In this document: positions 8,765-17,208 of the stretch, one piece after another
Numbering within the stretch: the stretch's first letter is position 1
Layout: the number at the start of each line of letters is the position of its first letter
Assembly: GCA_964244885.1 (NCBI GenBank)
Contig: CAXTKD010000002.1
Location: 40,104-104,103, forward strand
From: an uncultured Sphingomonadaceae bacterium
GTDB taxonomy: Bacteria; Pseudomonadota; Alphaproteobacteria; Sphingomonadales; Sphingomonadaceae
Direction: 5' to 3'
Length of the DNA stretch: 64,000 nt
Translations under genes and position numbers: made by a program
Notes under the pieces: model-generated
Databases searched by the model: none
What the model was told of the DNA's origin: nothing
The model's input: the letters and a program-made list of their open reading frames with translations, nothing else

Positions 8765-10594
8765 ATGAAACAAATCCTTCCCACGGCGTTCAAGTCAGGC
8801 CAATCTCCGGCTTCCGCCTGTGTGGAAAAGAGGGTCGTTAGGGAGATCCCGTCCTTGCCGCAGATCGTGACGCCGACCGACGACGCGCTTCCGCGCCGCC
8901 TCGCCGACTTCGCGACCCTGGGCGAGGCGCTCGATTACGCCGCCTGCGGGCAGCGCGGCCTCAACTTCTACAACGCCCGCGCCGATCTCGTCCGCGCCTA
9001 TCCCTATGCCGAGCTGCGCGCCGACGCGCTGGCCAACGCCCGCCGCCTCGTCGCCGCCGGCGTCGGCCCGGGCGACCGCGTCGCGCTGATCGCCGAGACC
9101 GGCGCCGAGTTCGCCGCGCTGTTCTTCGGCGCGATCTACGCCGGCGCCTGGCCCGCGCCGCTGCCGCTGCCGACCTCGTTCGGCGGCCGCGAGGGCTATG
9201 TCGAGCAGATCCGCAACCAGCTGACGAGCTGCGACCCCAAGCTGGTGCTGTCGCCGCCGGGCCTCGAGGCGATGGTCGCCGAAGCCGCCTCGACCCTGCC
9301 CAATACCACGACGCTCGACTGGAGCGCCTTCATCGCCGCCGACGCGCCCGAGGCCGAGCTTCCGGCGGCGACCGGCGAGGACATCGCCTATCTGCAATAT
9401 TCCAGCGGCTCGACTCGCTTCCCGCACGGCGTCGCGGTCACCCACAGCGCGCTTCTCGCCAACCTCTACGGCCATTCGCACGGCGTCCAGGCGCAGGACA
9501 ACGACCGCGTCGTCTCCTGGCTGCCCTGGTATCACGACATGGGTCTCGTCGGCTGCTTCCTGTCGCCGGTCGCCAACCAGATGTCGGCCGACTATCTCGC
9601 GACCGAGGATTTCGCGCGGCGGCCCCTCTCCTGGCTCACCCTGATCAGCCGCAACGAGGGCTGCTCGCTCAGCTATTCGCCGACCTTCGGCTACGACATC
9701 TGCTCGCGCCGCGTCTCGTCGCAGACCGACGTCGCGCACCGCTTCGACCTCTCCCGCTGGCGCGTCGCCGGAAACGGCGCCGACATGATCCGGCCCGACG
9801 TCATGCAGGCCTTCGTGGATGCCTTTCATCCGGCGGGCTTCAAGGCGTCGTCCTTCCTGCCGAGCTACGGCCTCGCCGAGGCGACTCTCGCCGTCTCGAT
9901 CATGCCCGTCGGCGAAGGCATCGTCACCGACCTGATCGACGAGCGCCTGCTCTCGGGCGAAGGCATCGCCGGCCCCGGCGAGCCCGGCCAGCCCGTCCGC
10001 TACCGCGCGATCGTCGATTGCGGCATCGCGCTTCCCGGCCACGACATCGAGGTGCGCGGCGACGAGGGCGAGGTCCTGCCCGACCGCAACATCGGCAAGG
10101 TGTTCTTTCGCGGCCCGTCGGTCATGGCGGGCTATTTCCGCGACGAGGTTTCGACCGCCGCCTGCCTCAAGGACGGCTGGCTCGACACCGGCGACATGGG
10201 CTACCTCGTCGACGGCCACATCTTCATCGTCGGCCGCGCCAAGGACATGATCATCATCAATGGCAAGAACCATTGGCCGCAGGACATCGAGTGGGCGATC
10301 GAGCAGATGGCGGGCTTCAAGGCCGGCGACATCGCCGCCTTCTCGATCACGCAAGATAACGGCGAGGAGGCGCCCGCCGTCCTCGTCCAGTGCCGCACCA
10401 CCGACCCCGACGAGCGCGCGAACCTGCGCGAAGCGATCCGCAACCGCGTCCGCGCGATCACCGGCATGACCTGCGTCGTCGAGCTCGTCCCCCCGCGCAC
10501 CCTGCCCCGCACCTCCAGCGGCAAGCTCAGCCGCTCGAAAGCCCGCACGCTCTACCTCACCGGCCAGATCCAGCCCTTCGACGCGGCGGCGTAG
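8765..10594 (+). CDS. Fatty acyl-AMP ligase / acyl-ACP synthetase-type adenylating enzyme (sphingolipid locus)
   Basis: The AMP-binding motifs are DIAYLQYSSGSTRFPHGVAVTH, GWLDTGDMGY and SSGKLSR. It lies in the same locus as ACP and spt. An alternative TTG start at 8855 is preceded by GGGAG. Confidence 0.9.
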   Translation: MKQILPTAFKSGQSPASACVEKRVVREIPSLPQIVTPTDDALPRRLADFATLGEALDYAACGQRGLNFYNARADLVRAYPYAELRADALANARRLVAAGVGPGDRVALIAETGAEFAALFFGAIYAGAWPAPLPLPTSFGGREGYVEQIRNQLTSCDPKLVLSPPGLEAMVAEAASTLPNTTTLDWSAFIAADAPEAELPAATGEDIAYLQYSSGSTRFPHGVAVTHSALLANLYGHSHGVQAQDNDRVVSWLPWYHDMGLVGCFLSPVANQMSADYLATEDFARRPLSWLTLISRNEGCSLSYSPTFGYDICSRRVSSQTDVAHRFDLSRWRVAGNGADMIRPDVMQAFVDAFHPAGFKASSFLPSYGLAEATLAVSIMPVGEGIVTDLIDERLLSGEGIAGPGEPGQPVRYRAIVDCGIALPGHDIEVRGDEGEVLPDRNIGKVFFRGPSVMAGYFRDEVSTAACLKDGWLDTGDMGYLVDGHIFIVGRAKDMIIINGKNHWPQDIEWAIEQMAGFKAGDIAAFSITQDNGEEAPAVLVQCRTTDPDERANLREAIRNRVRAITGMTCVVELVPPRTLPRTSSGKLSRSKARTLYLTGQIQPFDAAA

Positions 10595-10620
10595 GCTCTA
10601 CTCCCTCCCCTAAAACAATT

Positions 10621-10735
10621 AATCCCCTCCCCTTGAGGGGAGGGGTAGGGGTGGGGTGCACTGCCGGGCGAGAGGCTCAGCATAATTACCCCGCGTCTTT
10701 CCCCACCCCTACCCCTCCCCGCTGGGGAGGGGATT
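10621..10735. repeat. Family B 115-bp hairpin repeat, copy 1
   Basis: AATCCCCTCCCCTTGAGGGGAGGGGTAGGGGTGGGGTGCACTGCCGGGCGAGAGGCTCAGCATAATTACCCCGCGTCTTTCCCCACCCCTACCCCTCCCCGCTGGGGAGGGGATT is near-identical, in the same orientation, to 41642-41756. Confidence 0.85.
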
Positions 10736-10810
10736 CGGCATCTTCGGATAAGCCCAACCTTGACAAAATGAACCATTTGGGTTACCGCACGACCAGATGG
10801 CCGTCGCGAA

Positions 10811-10869
10811 CCTGAACAAGTGGACACGAGTCATCCATGCAGGTGTCCCACAGTGTCCACTTGTTCAGG
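10811..10869. promoter_or_regulatory. Perfect 17-bp inverted repeat (25-nt spacer) ending 14 nt upstream of the reductase start codon; candidate operator or 5'-UTR hairpin
   Basis: CCTGAACAAGTGGACAC (10811-10827) is the exact reverse complement of GTGTCCACTTGTTCAGG (10853-10869). It lies in an unusually AT-rich stretch, and a TTGACA hexamer sits at 10760-10765. Confidence 0.5.
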
Positions 10870-10882
10870 TTCGGGGGCCAGC

Positions 10883-11779
10883 ATGACGCTCGCAATCACC
10901 GGCGGCACCGGCTTCGTCGGCGCGCACCTCCTCCGCATCGCCGCCGAGCAAGGCGTACCCATCCGCGCCCTGACGCGGCGCGCTCAGCCCGCCGCCGACG
11001 GCATCACCTGGATCTCGGGCGACCTCACCGACCCCGCCGACCTGTGCGCCGGAGCCTCCGCCGTCATCCACATCGCCGGGGTCATCAACGCCCGCACCCC
11101 GGCCGAGTTCGACGCCGGCAATGTCGCCGGCACCGCCACGATGCTCGAAGCCGCCAAGGCCGCCGGCGTCCGCCGCTTCATCCACGTCTCCTCGCTCGCC
11201 GCCCGCGAGCCGCGCCTCTCCGCCTACGGCGCGAGCAAGGCGCGATCGGAGGAGGTGGTGAAGGCCTCAGGCCTCGACTGGACGATCGTCCGCCCTCCGA
11301 TGGTCTACGGCCCCGGCGACAGGGAGACGCTGGCGATCTTCCGCATGGTCAAGGCGCGCTTCGCGGCCCTGCCGCGCGGCGGCGCCGCGTCGATGATCCA
11401 TGCCGACGACCTGTCGCGCGCCCTGCTCGCGCTGCCCACCGCGCCCGAGGCGGTGGGCCAGACCTACGAGCCCGACGATGGCGCGCCGCTCCGCCACGAG
11501 GCGTTCGCGCGCCTGATCGCCAGCACCATCGACCGCGTCCCGCTGATCGTCCCCCTCCCCGGCATCGCGCTGACGCTCGGCGCGGCCGTCGACACGCTGT
11601 CGGCAAAGCTCACCGGCCGGCTCCCGAAGCTCAGCTTCGACCGCGCCCGCTACCTCGCGCACAAGGACTGGGTGTCGCGCCTCCCGATGGCCGGGGTCGG
11701 CGGCTGGCACCCGAAATACGACGGCGCGACCGGCATCGCAGAGACCGCCGCCTGGTATCGCGCCGAGGGCTGGCTTTAA
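10883..11779 (+). CDS. NAD(P)-dependent epimerase/dehydratase-family (extended SDR) protein; candidate bacterial ceramide reductase (CerR-like) by context
   Basis: MTLAITGGTGFVGAHLL is a Rossmann motif and YGASKARSE is the YxxxK catalytic motif. It sits between the acyl-AMP ligase and acp-spt. The functional name is inferred from synteny only. Confidence 0.8.
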   Translation: MTLAITGGTGFVGAHLLRIAAEQGVPIRALTRRAQPAADGITWISGDLTDPADLCAGASAVIHIAGVINARTPAEFDAGNVAGTATMLEAAKAAGVRRFIHVSSLAAREPRLSAYGASKARSEEVVKASGLDWTIVRPPMVYGPGDRETLAIFRMVKARFAALPRGGAASMIHADDLSRALLALPTAPEAVGQTYEPDDGAPLRHEAFARLIASTIDRVPLIVPLPGIALTLGAAVDTLSAKLTGRLPKLSFDRARYLAHKDWVSRLPMAGVGGWHPKYDGATGIAETAAWYRAEGWL

Positions 11780-12312
11780 GTCGGTACTTGCAAATGCCAG
11801 GTCTGGGCAACGAACAGGACAAAAGTCCCCAGCAGCCCGGCGAGGAACACGCGGTAGGCGGTGGCGAGGTAGCGGTATTTCTTGCGGTGGAGCACCAGGC
11901 CAAGCTGATACACCTCGCGCAGGATCGTCTCGTTCATCGCCTTCTCGTCACGGATCAGCGACAGCATTCGGCCCCGGAACTCATCCTCGCTCATCGTAAC
12001 GAAATGGCCGAAGAACAGGATGTTGGCCCCCTCGCCGCGGATCAGCCGAGTCGATGGCAGCACCGTCACCAGCGCCAGCAGCGCGGTGACGAAGGCCGTG
12101 AGCCCCAGCATCAGGAACGGCAGCGACAGCCCGGTGCGCGCCGCCTGGCCCACGGTGAGCGAGAACACCAGCGCGGTCGCGGTCATCAGCATGCCCGCCT
12201 TCTGATCGGCCATCTGGCTCAGCTGCATGTGGTGCTGCTGCATCGTCCGCAGCAGCGTGACCGACGCTGCGGGAAAGCCCGGCTCGTCAGCGTCCAGAAT
12301 CTCGTCCCCCAT
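11776..12312 (-). CDS. PycTM/DUF5706-like membrane protein
   Basis: The product reads HHMQLSQMADQKAGMLMTATALVFS..., then two TM segments, then ILFFGHFVTMSEDEFRGRM...REVYQLGLVLHRKKYRYLATAYRV. This matches my recollection of the Pycsar-effector TM domain consensus (aDtKa...lifFg...Ky.l). The start is either ATG 12312 or the upstream start of the track ORF at 12369. The stop overlaps the reductase stop (TTAA). Confidence 0.6.
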   Translation of the reverse strand: MGDEILDADEPGFPAASVTLLRTMQQHHMQLSQMADQKAGMLMTATALVFSLTVGQAARTGLSLPFLMLGLTAFVTALLALVTVLPSTRLIRGEGANILFFGHFVTMSEDEFRGRMLSLIRDEKAMNETILREVYQLGLVLHRKKYRYLATAYRVFLAGLLGTFVLFVAQTWHLQVPT

Positions 12313-12410
12313 GGCCAAGTCTATGACATGCCTCGTTTCGGCGTCGCAAGGGCCACGCTGCCGCCGCAATCGCTTGGCAATTCGAAGCGGACTTGCCTAA
12401 GGGAGCCGGC

Positions 12411-12653
12411 ATGACCGACCGCCAGACGATCTACGCCCGCATCGGCGAGCTGATCGAGCCGTTCAACAAGAAGGGCGTCGCCGTGGCCGAGGACACGACC
12501 TTCGCGGACGGCCTCGAGCTCGACTCGCTCACTGTCATGGACCTCGTCGCCAACATCGAGGACGAGTGGGACATCACCCTGCCCCTCAACCGCTTGCCCG
12601 AGCTGGAGACCGTCGGCCAGCTCGCCGACGAAGTGGCGCGGCTCAAAGCGTGA
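12411..12653 (+). CDS. Acyl carrier protein (sphingolipid-dedicated by context)
   Basis: The 80-aa product has the phosphopantetheine site GLELDSLTVMDLV. AAGGGAG lies 5 nt upstream of the ATG at 12411. Confidence 0.9.
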   Translation: MTDRQTIYARIGELIEPFNKKGVAVAEDTTFADGLELDSLTVMDLVANIEDEWDITLPLNRLPELETVGQLADEVARLKA

Positions 12654-13861
12654 CCGACCTGCTCTCCAAGTTCGACGGCATCATCGCCGAGCGCCAGTCA
12701 CTCCTCGACACCGGCGTCCGCGATCCCTTCTCGATCGTCATGTCGGAAGTCCGCTCGCCGACCGAAGCGGTGATCGACGGCCGCGAGACGATCCTCGTCG
12801 GCACCTACAATTACATGGGGATGACCTTCGATCCCGACGTCATCCAGGCGGGCGTCGATGCGATCCGGAAGTTCGGCGCCGGCACCACCGGAAGCCGCGT
12901 CCTGAATGGCACCTACCAGGGCCACAAAGAGGTCGAGGAGGCGCTGATCGACTTCTACGGCATGAAGCACGCGATCGTCTTCTCGACCGGCTACCAGGCC
13001 AATCTCGGCATGGTGTCGACGCTCGCCGGGCGCGGCGACTATGTCGTGCTCGACGCCGACAGCCACGCCTCGATCTACGATGGCTGCGCGATGGGCAATG
13101 CCGACATCGTCCGCTTCCGCCACAACTCGACCGAGGACCTCGCCAAGCGCCTCGGCCGCCTGCCCGCCGAAGCGCAGAAGCTCGTCGTCCTCGAAGGCGT
13201 CTATTCGATGCTCGGCGACATCGCGCCGCTGAAGGACATGGTCGCCGCCGCCCGGGCGCACGACAACGTCATGATCCTCGTCGACGAGGCGCACGGCATG
13301 GGCTTCTTCGGCGACCACGGCCGCGGCGTCTACGAGGCGGCGGGGGTCGAGGCGGACGTCGATTTCGTCGTCGGCACCTTCTCGAAGTCGGTCGGCACGG
13401 TCGGCGGCTTCTGCGTCTCGAACCATCCGAGCTTCGAGATTCTGCGCCTCGTCTGCCGCCCCTACACCTTCACCGCCTCGCTGCCGCCCTCGGTGGTCGC
13501 CACCGCCGCGACCTCGATCCGCAAGCTGATGCACGGCCACAACAAGCGCCAGCACCTCTGGGAAAACTCGCGGCGGCTGCACGGCGGCCTGAAGGACGCC
13601 GGGTTCACGCTGGCGACCGATACGCCACAGAGCGCGATCATCGCCGTCCTGCTGCCCGATCAGGACGCCACCGTCCGCATGTGGCAGGCGCTTCTGGAGC
13701 TTGGAGTCTACGTCAACATGGCCCGCCCGCCGGCGACGCCCGCCGGCACCTACCTGCTGCGCTGCTCGCTCTGCGCCGAGCACAGCGCCGAGCAGGTCGA
13801 GACGATCATTGCCAAGTTCAAGATGGCCGCCGCGGCGACCGGAACGCCGCTAAACCGCTAG
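12650..13861 (+). CDS. spt: Serine palmitoyltransferase (alpha-oxoamine synthase family)
   Basis: DLLSKFDGIIAERQSLLDTGVRDPFSIVMSEVRSPTEAVIDGRETILVGTYNYMGMTFDPDV...GTFSKSVGTVGGF (PLP lysine)...YVNMARPPATPAGTYLLRCSLCAEH is nearly colinear with the S. paucimobilis SPT sequence as I remember it. The GTG start overlaps the ACP stop (GTGA). Confidence 0.95.
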   Translation: MTDLLSKFDGIIAERQSLLDTGVRDPFSIVMSEVRSPTEAVIDGRETILVGTYNYMGMTFDPDVIQAGVDAIRKFGAGTTGSRVLNGTYQGHKEVEEALIDFYGMKHAIVFSTGYQANLGMVSTLAGRGDYVVLDADSHASIYDGCAMGNADIVRFRHNSTEDLAKRLGRLPAEAQKLVVLEGVYSMLGDIAPLKDMVAAARAHDNVMILVDEAHGMGFFGDHGRGVYEAAGVEADVDFVVGTFSKSVGTVGGFCVSNHPSFEILRLVCRPYTFTASLPPSVVATAATSIRKLMHGHNKRQHLWENSRRLHGGLKDAGFTLATDTPQSAIIAVLLPDQDATVRMWQALLELGVYVNMARPPATPAGTYLLRCSLCAEHSAEQVETIIAKFKMAAAATGTPLNR

Positions 13862-14566
13862 GTTCTTCCGGCGGCTCGCGACCATGCCGACAACTCCGAG
13901 GCCGGCGATCAGCATCGCCCACTCGCCCGGCTCGGGAACCGGCTCGGTGAGCGCGACATTGTCGACGAACAGCTCGGACGAGCTCATCTCGTCGTCGTCG
14001 CCGATGTCGCCGACGCCGACGTTGCGGATGCCGAACTCGAGGCGGTAGCTGCCCGAGCTGGCGAAATTGTAGGAAGCCGTCATCCACGGCGACGCGCCGC
14101 CGTTCGGGCCGTCGACATTGCCGTATTCCGCGATGCTGGCGTCCCAGATCGTCGTCCACGACAGCGGATCGCCGTTTCCGTCGAGCTGCGCGATCCGCGC
14201 ATAGCCGTCGTCATTATAAGGATAGTCGTAATAGATCGTGTCGTTGCCCGCCCACTTGACCATCATCGACAGCGAGGCGCCCGAGATCGTGCTGAAGTCC
14301 TGCCAGAGCAGCTGATAATCGTCGACCCGGCCGGCATGGAGGAAGGCGACGTTCTCGCCCGCGCCCGCCGGCGCGCCGACCGAGGCGCTCGGGACGGTCG
14401 CGACCGAGCCCTCGGCGCCGAAGATCACGTCGTCGCTGTTGCTCGTGTAGCTCGACCAGCCGTTGAGGTTGCCGCTCTCAAAATCGCCGTTGGTGATCGC
14501 GGCGCCCGCCGCCGAGGCGAGACCGAGCGCGGACAGGGCGAGAGCGAGCTTTACCGACAGACGCAT
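13850..14566 (-). CDS. Secreted PEP-CTERM (PEPxxWA-type) sorting-domain protein
   Basis: Signal peptide MRLSVKLALALSALGLASAAGA and C-terminus PVPEPGEWAMLIAGLGVVGMVASRRKNLAV (PEP motif, TM segment, basic tail). Its 3' end overlaps the spt 3' end by 12 nt in convergent orientation. Confidence 0.8.
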   Translation of the reverse strand: MRLSVKLALALSALGLASAAGAAITNGDFESGNLNGWSSYTSNSDDVIFGAEGSVATVPSASVGAPAGAGENVAFLHAGRVDDYQLLWQDFSTISGASLSMMVKWAGNDTIYYDYPYNDDGYARIAQLDGNGDPLSWTTIWDASIAEYGNVDGPNGGASPWMTASYNFASSGSYRLEFGIRNVGVGDIGDDDEMSSSELFVDNVALTEPVPEPGEWAMLIAGLGVVGMVASRRKNLAV

Positions 14567-14599
14567 GACATGACCCGATAAACGTTGCTGCCGCATCAA

Positions 14600-14615
14600 C
14601 GCACGAACCGTGCCG
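14600..14615 (-). promoter_or_regulatory. Possible sigma-54 (-24/-12) promoter for the PEP-CTERM gene
   Basis: The minus strand reads CGGCACGGTTCGTGCG, i.e. GG-N10-GC with GGCACG at -24 and GTGC instead of TTGC at -12. It lies about 35 nt upstream of the start codon. Confidence 0.3.
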
Positions 14616-14685
14616 ATCTCGATAAGTCCTTGGATTCGCGGAAAGTGGCTGAGTGCGCTTCGGCGAACTGTAAGAATTCCCGACT

Positions 14686-15600
14686 CTAGCGGATTGCACC
14701 GCGCCACTTGAGCCGCGGCAGCATCAGCAGGCCGGCGAGGATCGGATGCCGTCGCTGCCACGGCTTGATCGGCACCGCGACGCCCGAATGCCGGCCGATC
14801 TTCCACGCGAGGTAATCGATGCCGCCGTCGAAGGTGAAGCTCGCCTTGATGAGCCGCGCCGCCGACAGCCACTTGCCCTGGCGCCGGCGCTTCGCCCACA
14901 GCTTCGCGCCCTTGCGGGCATCGGCGAGCGCGGTGAACCACACTTCGCCATTCTCGACCCGAGCATTGAGCCCCGCCGCCGCCAGCCCCGGCGCGGTGAA
15001 GGCGCGGTAGCGCGCCGGGTCGGAATCGAACAGCGACACGCCCTTGCCGGCACGCTCGGATCGCAGCTCGGCATCGTAGGTGAGCGCGAACGCCCGGGTC
15101 CAAAGCGCGCGGACCGCGACGGTCGAACCGACCATCGGTCGCGCCGCCGCCAGCAGGGTCGGCACCGCCCGCGCCACGGCGGCGACAACCCTCGCCCGCG
15201 CCGCGGCGTCCTTCGCCCAGACCAGCGCCGAGGGCTGGGCGAAGCGCGCCCAGACCGAGACGTTCAGCGTCTCCGGCCCGCACAGCCGATGGAAATCATC
15301 CACCGTCAGCACCGCATATTTGGCGCGCAATGCCTCCTGCTCGGCGTAGAAGACGTTGGGCGGGATCAGCCGGTTGGCGGCGGCGAGCCAGCGCTTCCCA
15401 TAGGCCCGGTCGTAGCGGTCGACGAGCAGGTAGAAGTCGAGCATCAGCCCGTCGAGCTGGCGCTGCCGGAGGCACGATCCGTAGAACAGCGCCGCCTGCG
15501 AAGCCTCGCCATAGCGCGCCGCGATCGAGGCCGCGAAGGCGCCGACCTCTGGCGCGACGCCCATGTCGAGCTCGGCGGCGACGAGCGCCTCCAGCGTCAC
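14686..15600 (-). CDS. Hypothetical protein, Tam41/Mmp37-like nucleotidyltransferase by weak motif resemblance
   Basis: The product reads QAALFYGSCLRQRQLDGLMLDFYLLVD...PPNVFYAE...AKYAVLTVDDF...LNVSVWARF, which resembles the Tam41 (CDP-DAG synthase) N-terminal pattern YGS..Q...DF..V...KYGV. The GTG start overlaps the kinase stop (GTGA). Confidence 0.5.
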   Translation of the reverse strand: MTLEALVAAELDMGVAPEVGAFAASIAARYGEASQAALFYGSCLRQRQLDGLMLDFYLLVDRYDRAYGKRWLAAANRLIPPNVFYAEQEALRAKYAVLTVDDFHRLCGPETLNVSVWARFAQPSALVWAKDAAARARVVAAVARAVPTLLAAARPMVGSTVAVRALWTRAFALTYDAELRSERAGKGVSLFDSDPARYRAFTAPGLAAAGLNARVENGEVWFTALADARKGAKLWAKRRRQGKWLSAARLIKASFTFDGGIDYLAWKIGRHSGVAVPIKPWQRRHPILAGLLMLPRLKWRGAIR

Positions 15601-16565
15601 GCCGCGAGCAGGCTCAGGAACGGTACCGGGGCGGTCGGCGTCAGCGTGATCGCGCGGCCCGAGGGCGCCTCGAACATCTCGCCGTCCAGGATCACCGACG
15701 GGCGGTCGCCCTCGATCCGGATCTCATCGCCGCGCTCCATGTGGAAGCCGCTGAACTTGTCCTTGCCGAGCCGGCCGAAGATCGCCGCGATGGCGCTCAG
15801 GAACACCGGCCCGCGCCGCTGCTCGATCGCCATCAGCTTGAGTGGCCCGGCGGGCCCCTGCTCGCGCGGCCGGACATTGAGGATCAATTGCTCCAGCGTC
15901 GTCACCATCAGCAGGAAGAAATGACCCTGGAGCTGCCCCTGGCGCTGCAGCGACACCGTCACCGGGCGCGACGGCACCGGCGAGAAGAACCGCCCGCCGA
16001 GGAACACGCTGATCGCGACGGCGGCGATCGCCATCAGATGACTCAGCCAGTTGGGAAGGCCCAGCGGATAGATCTTGTTGCGGCAGTAGAGAATGGTCTC
16101 GGCAAGGCCCGCGCCGCCGAGGAACATGCCGAGCACCGGCCGGGTGTTGCGCCCGTCCGACAGCTGGATGAGCTGCCGCGCCACGACGTGCGGCCGGACG
16201 TCGGCCTCGACGATTTTCAGAATCTGCTCCAGCGCGCGCAAAGGGTCGCCGGTCGCGCCGAGGTCGAGCGCGATCAAATTGGTCTTGCCGTTCGGCAGCA
16301 CCGCCACCGGCGGCGAGGAGCCCTGGAAATGGCCGCCATGGTAGAGTTCGGTGAGCGCCGCCTGCACGGTGCCGTCGCCGCCGTTGATCACCAGCACGGC
16401 GGGCTTGACCCGGGCGATCATCTCCAGCGCGTCGGGCACCTCCGCCACGCTCTCCATCTCGTAATGGAAGATATTGGGGTGCTGCGCGACGAAGCTGCGG
16501 ATGCGCGGCAGCAGCGCCTTGTTGCCCGTCGAGCGCGGGTTGGAGAGCAGAGCGACGAGCGCCAT
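15597..16565 (-). CDS. DAG-kinase catalytic-domain lipid kinase; candidate bacterial ceramide kinase by context
   Basis: MALVALLSNPRSTGN...PAVLVINGGDGTVQAAL...VAVLPNGKTNLIALDLG contains the DAGK_cat GGDGT motif. It lies in the sphingolipid locus. The 522-aa ORF in the track is an alternate-frame extension. Confidence 0.8.
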   Translation of the reverse strand: MALVALLSNPRSTGNKALLPRIRSFVAQHPNIFHYEMESVAEVPDALEMIARVKPAVLVINGGDGTVQAALTELYHGGHFQGSSPPVAVLPNGKTNLIALDLGATGDPLRALEQILKIVEADVRPHVVARQLIQLSDGRNTRPVLGMFLGGAGLAETILYCRNKIYPLGLPNWLSHLMAIAAVAISVFLGGRFFSPVPSRPVTVSLQRQGQLQGHFFLLMVTTLEQLILNVRPREQGPAGPLKLMAIEQRRGPVFLSAIAAIFGRLGKDKFSGFHMERGDEIRIEGDRPSVILDGEMFEAPSGRAITLTPTAPVPFLSLLAA

Positions 16566-16567
16566 TT

Positions 16568-17083
16568 CTAGCTCCTGACCGGGACGACCGGCCTGACCGA
16601 CAGGCCATGCAGGTAATTGAGGACGACCTCGAACGTCTGGACGCCGCCGCGCGCGACGAACGCCGCACCCTTCTGGTCGGGCTTCGACAGGCCGAGCTTG
16701 GGGTTGCGCGAGAAGCCGACGCCGTCGCTGGTCGGGTTCATCTTGCCGTTCGAATTGCGGTCGTGGAGCACCGCGATCGCGAACTCGCCGGTGTGCGGCA
16801 GCGCGACGCAGACATCCATGTCGCCCGACGCCGCGACCGGAAGCTCGATGCGCTTCAGCTTGCTGCCCTTGTCGAGGAACGTATCGGCATTGCCGCCGTA
16901 GAGCTGGACGCGAAGCTGCCCCTCGCGATCCTTGAAGCCGTAGACACGGACAAGAGCCGCCGGGCCGCCCGCGCCGGGGCGGCAGGCCGCCGAATCCGGC
17001 CCCAGGATCGGCGCCGACGCCGCCGCCGGGACAGCCGTCATCGCTGCGATCAACGCGACGATTGGCCTCCACGATTTCAGCAT
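16568..17083 (-). CDS. DUF2141 domain protein (secreted)
   Basis: Signal peptide MLKSWRPIVALIAAMTAVPAAAS, then LRVQLYG...GEFAIAVLHDRNSNGKMNPTSDGVGFSRNP, which is typical of DUF2141. Confidence 0.75.
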   Translation of the reverse strand: MLKSWRPIVALIAAMTAVPAAASAPILGPDSAACRPGAGGPAALVRVYGFKDREGQLRVQLYGGNADTFLDKGSKLKRIELPVAASGDMDVCVALPHTGEFAIAVLHDRNSNGKMNPTSDGVGFSRNPKLGLSKPDQKGAAFVARGGVQTFEVVLNYLHGLSVRPVVPVRS

Positions 17084-17208
17084 GACCTCTAACCTCCGGC
17101 GAGCTATACGCGGCCCGCACAGCCGACTGCTGACCACCGTCCATCTGGGGGTGCGATGCGGCCAAACTATGTTCAAGGCCCGGCCATTCTAGGGACTCAC
17201 CAACCAGC

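Noticed and set aside
10621-10735. CRISPR array formed by the recurring G-rich repeats
   Set aside because: The copies are 31 kb apart and 115 bp long. They are internally palindromic and not interspaced by regular short spacers, and no cas genes are present.
11776-12369. A Pycsar-type anti-phage defence system
   Set aside because: Only the effector-like membrane domain is present. No pyrimidine or purine cyclase, CBASS, TIR or other defence partner is in the neighbourhood, and the flanking genes are housekeeping lipid genes. It is reported as an oddity, not as a defence system.
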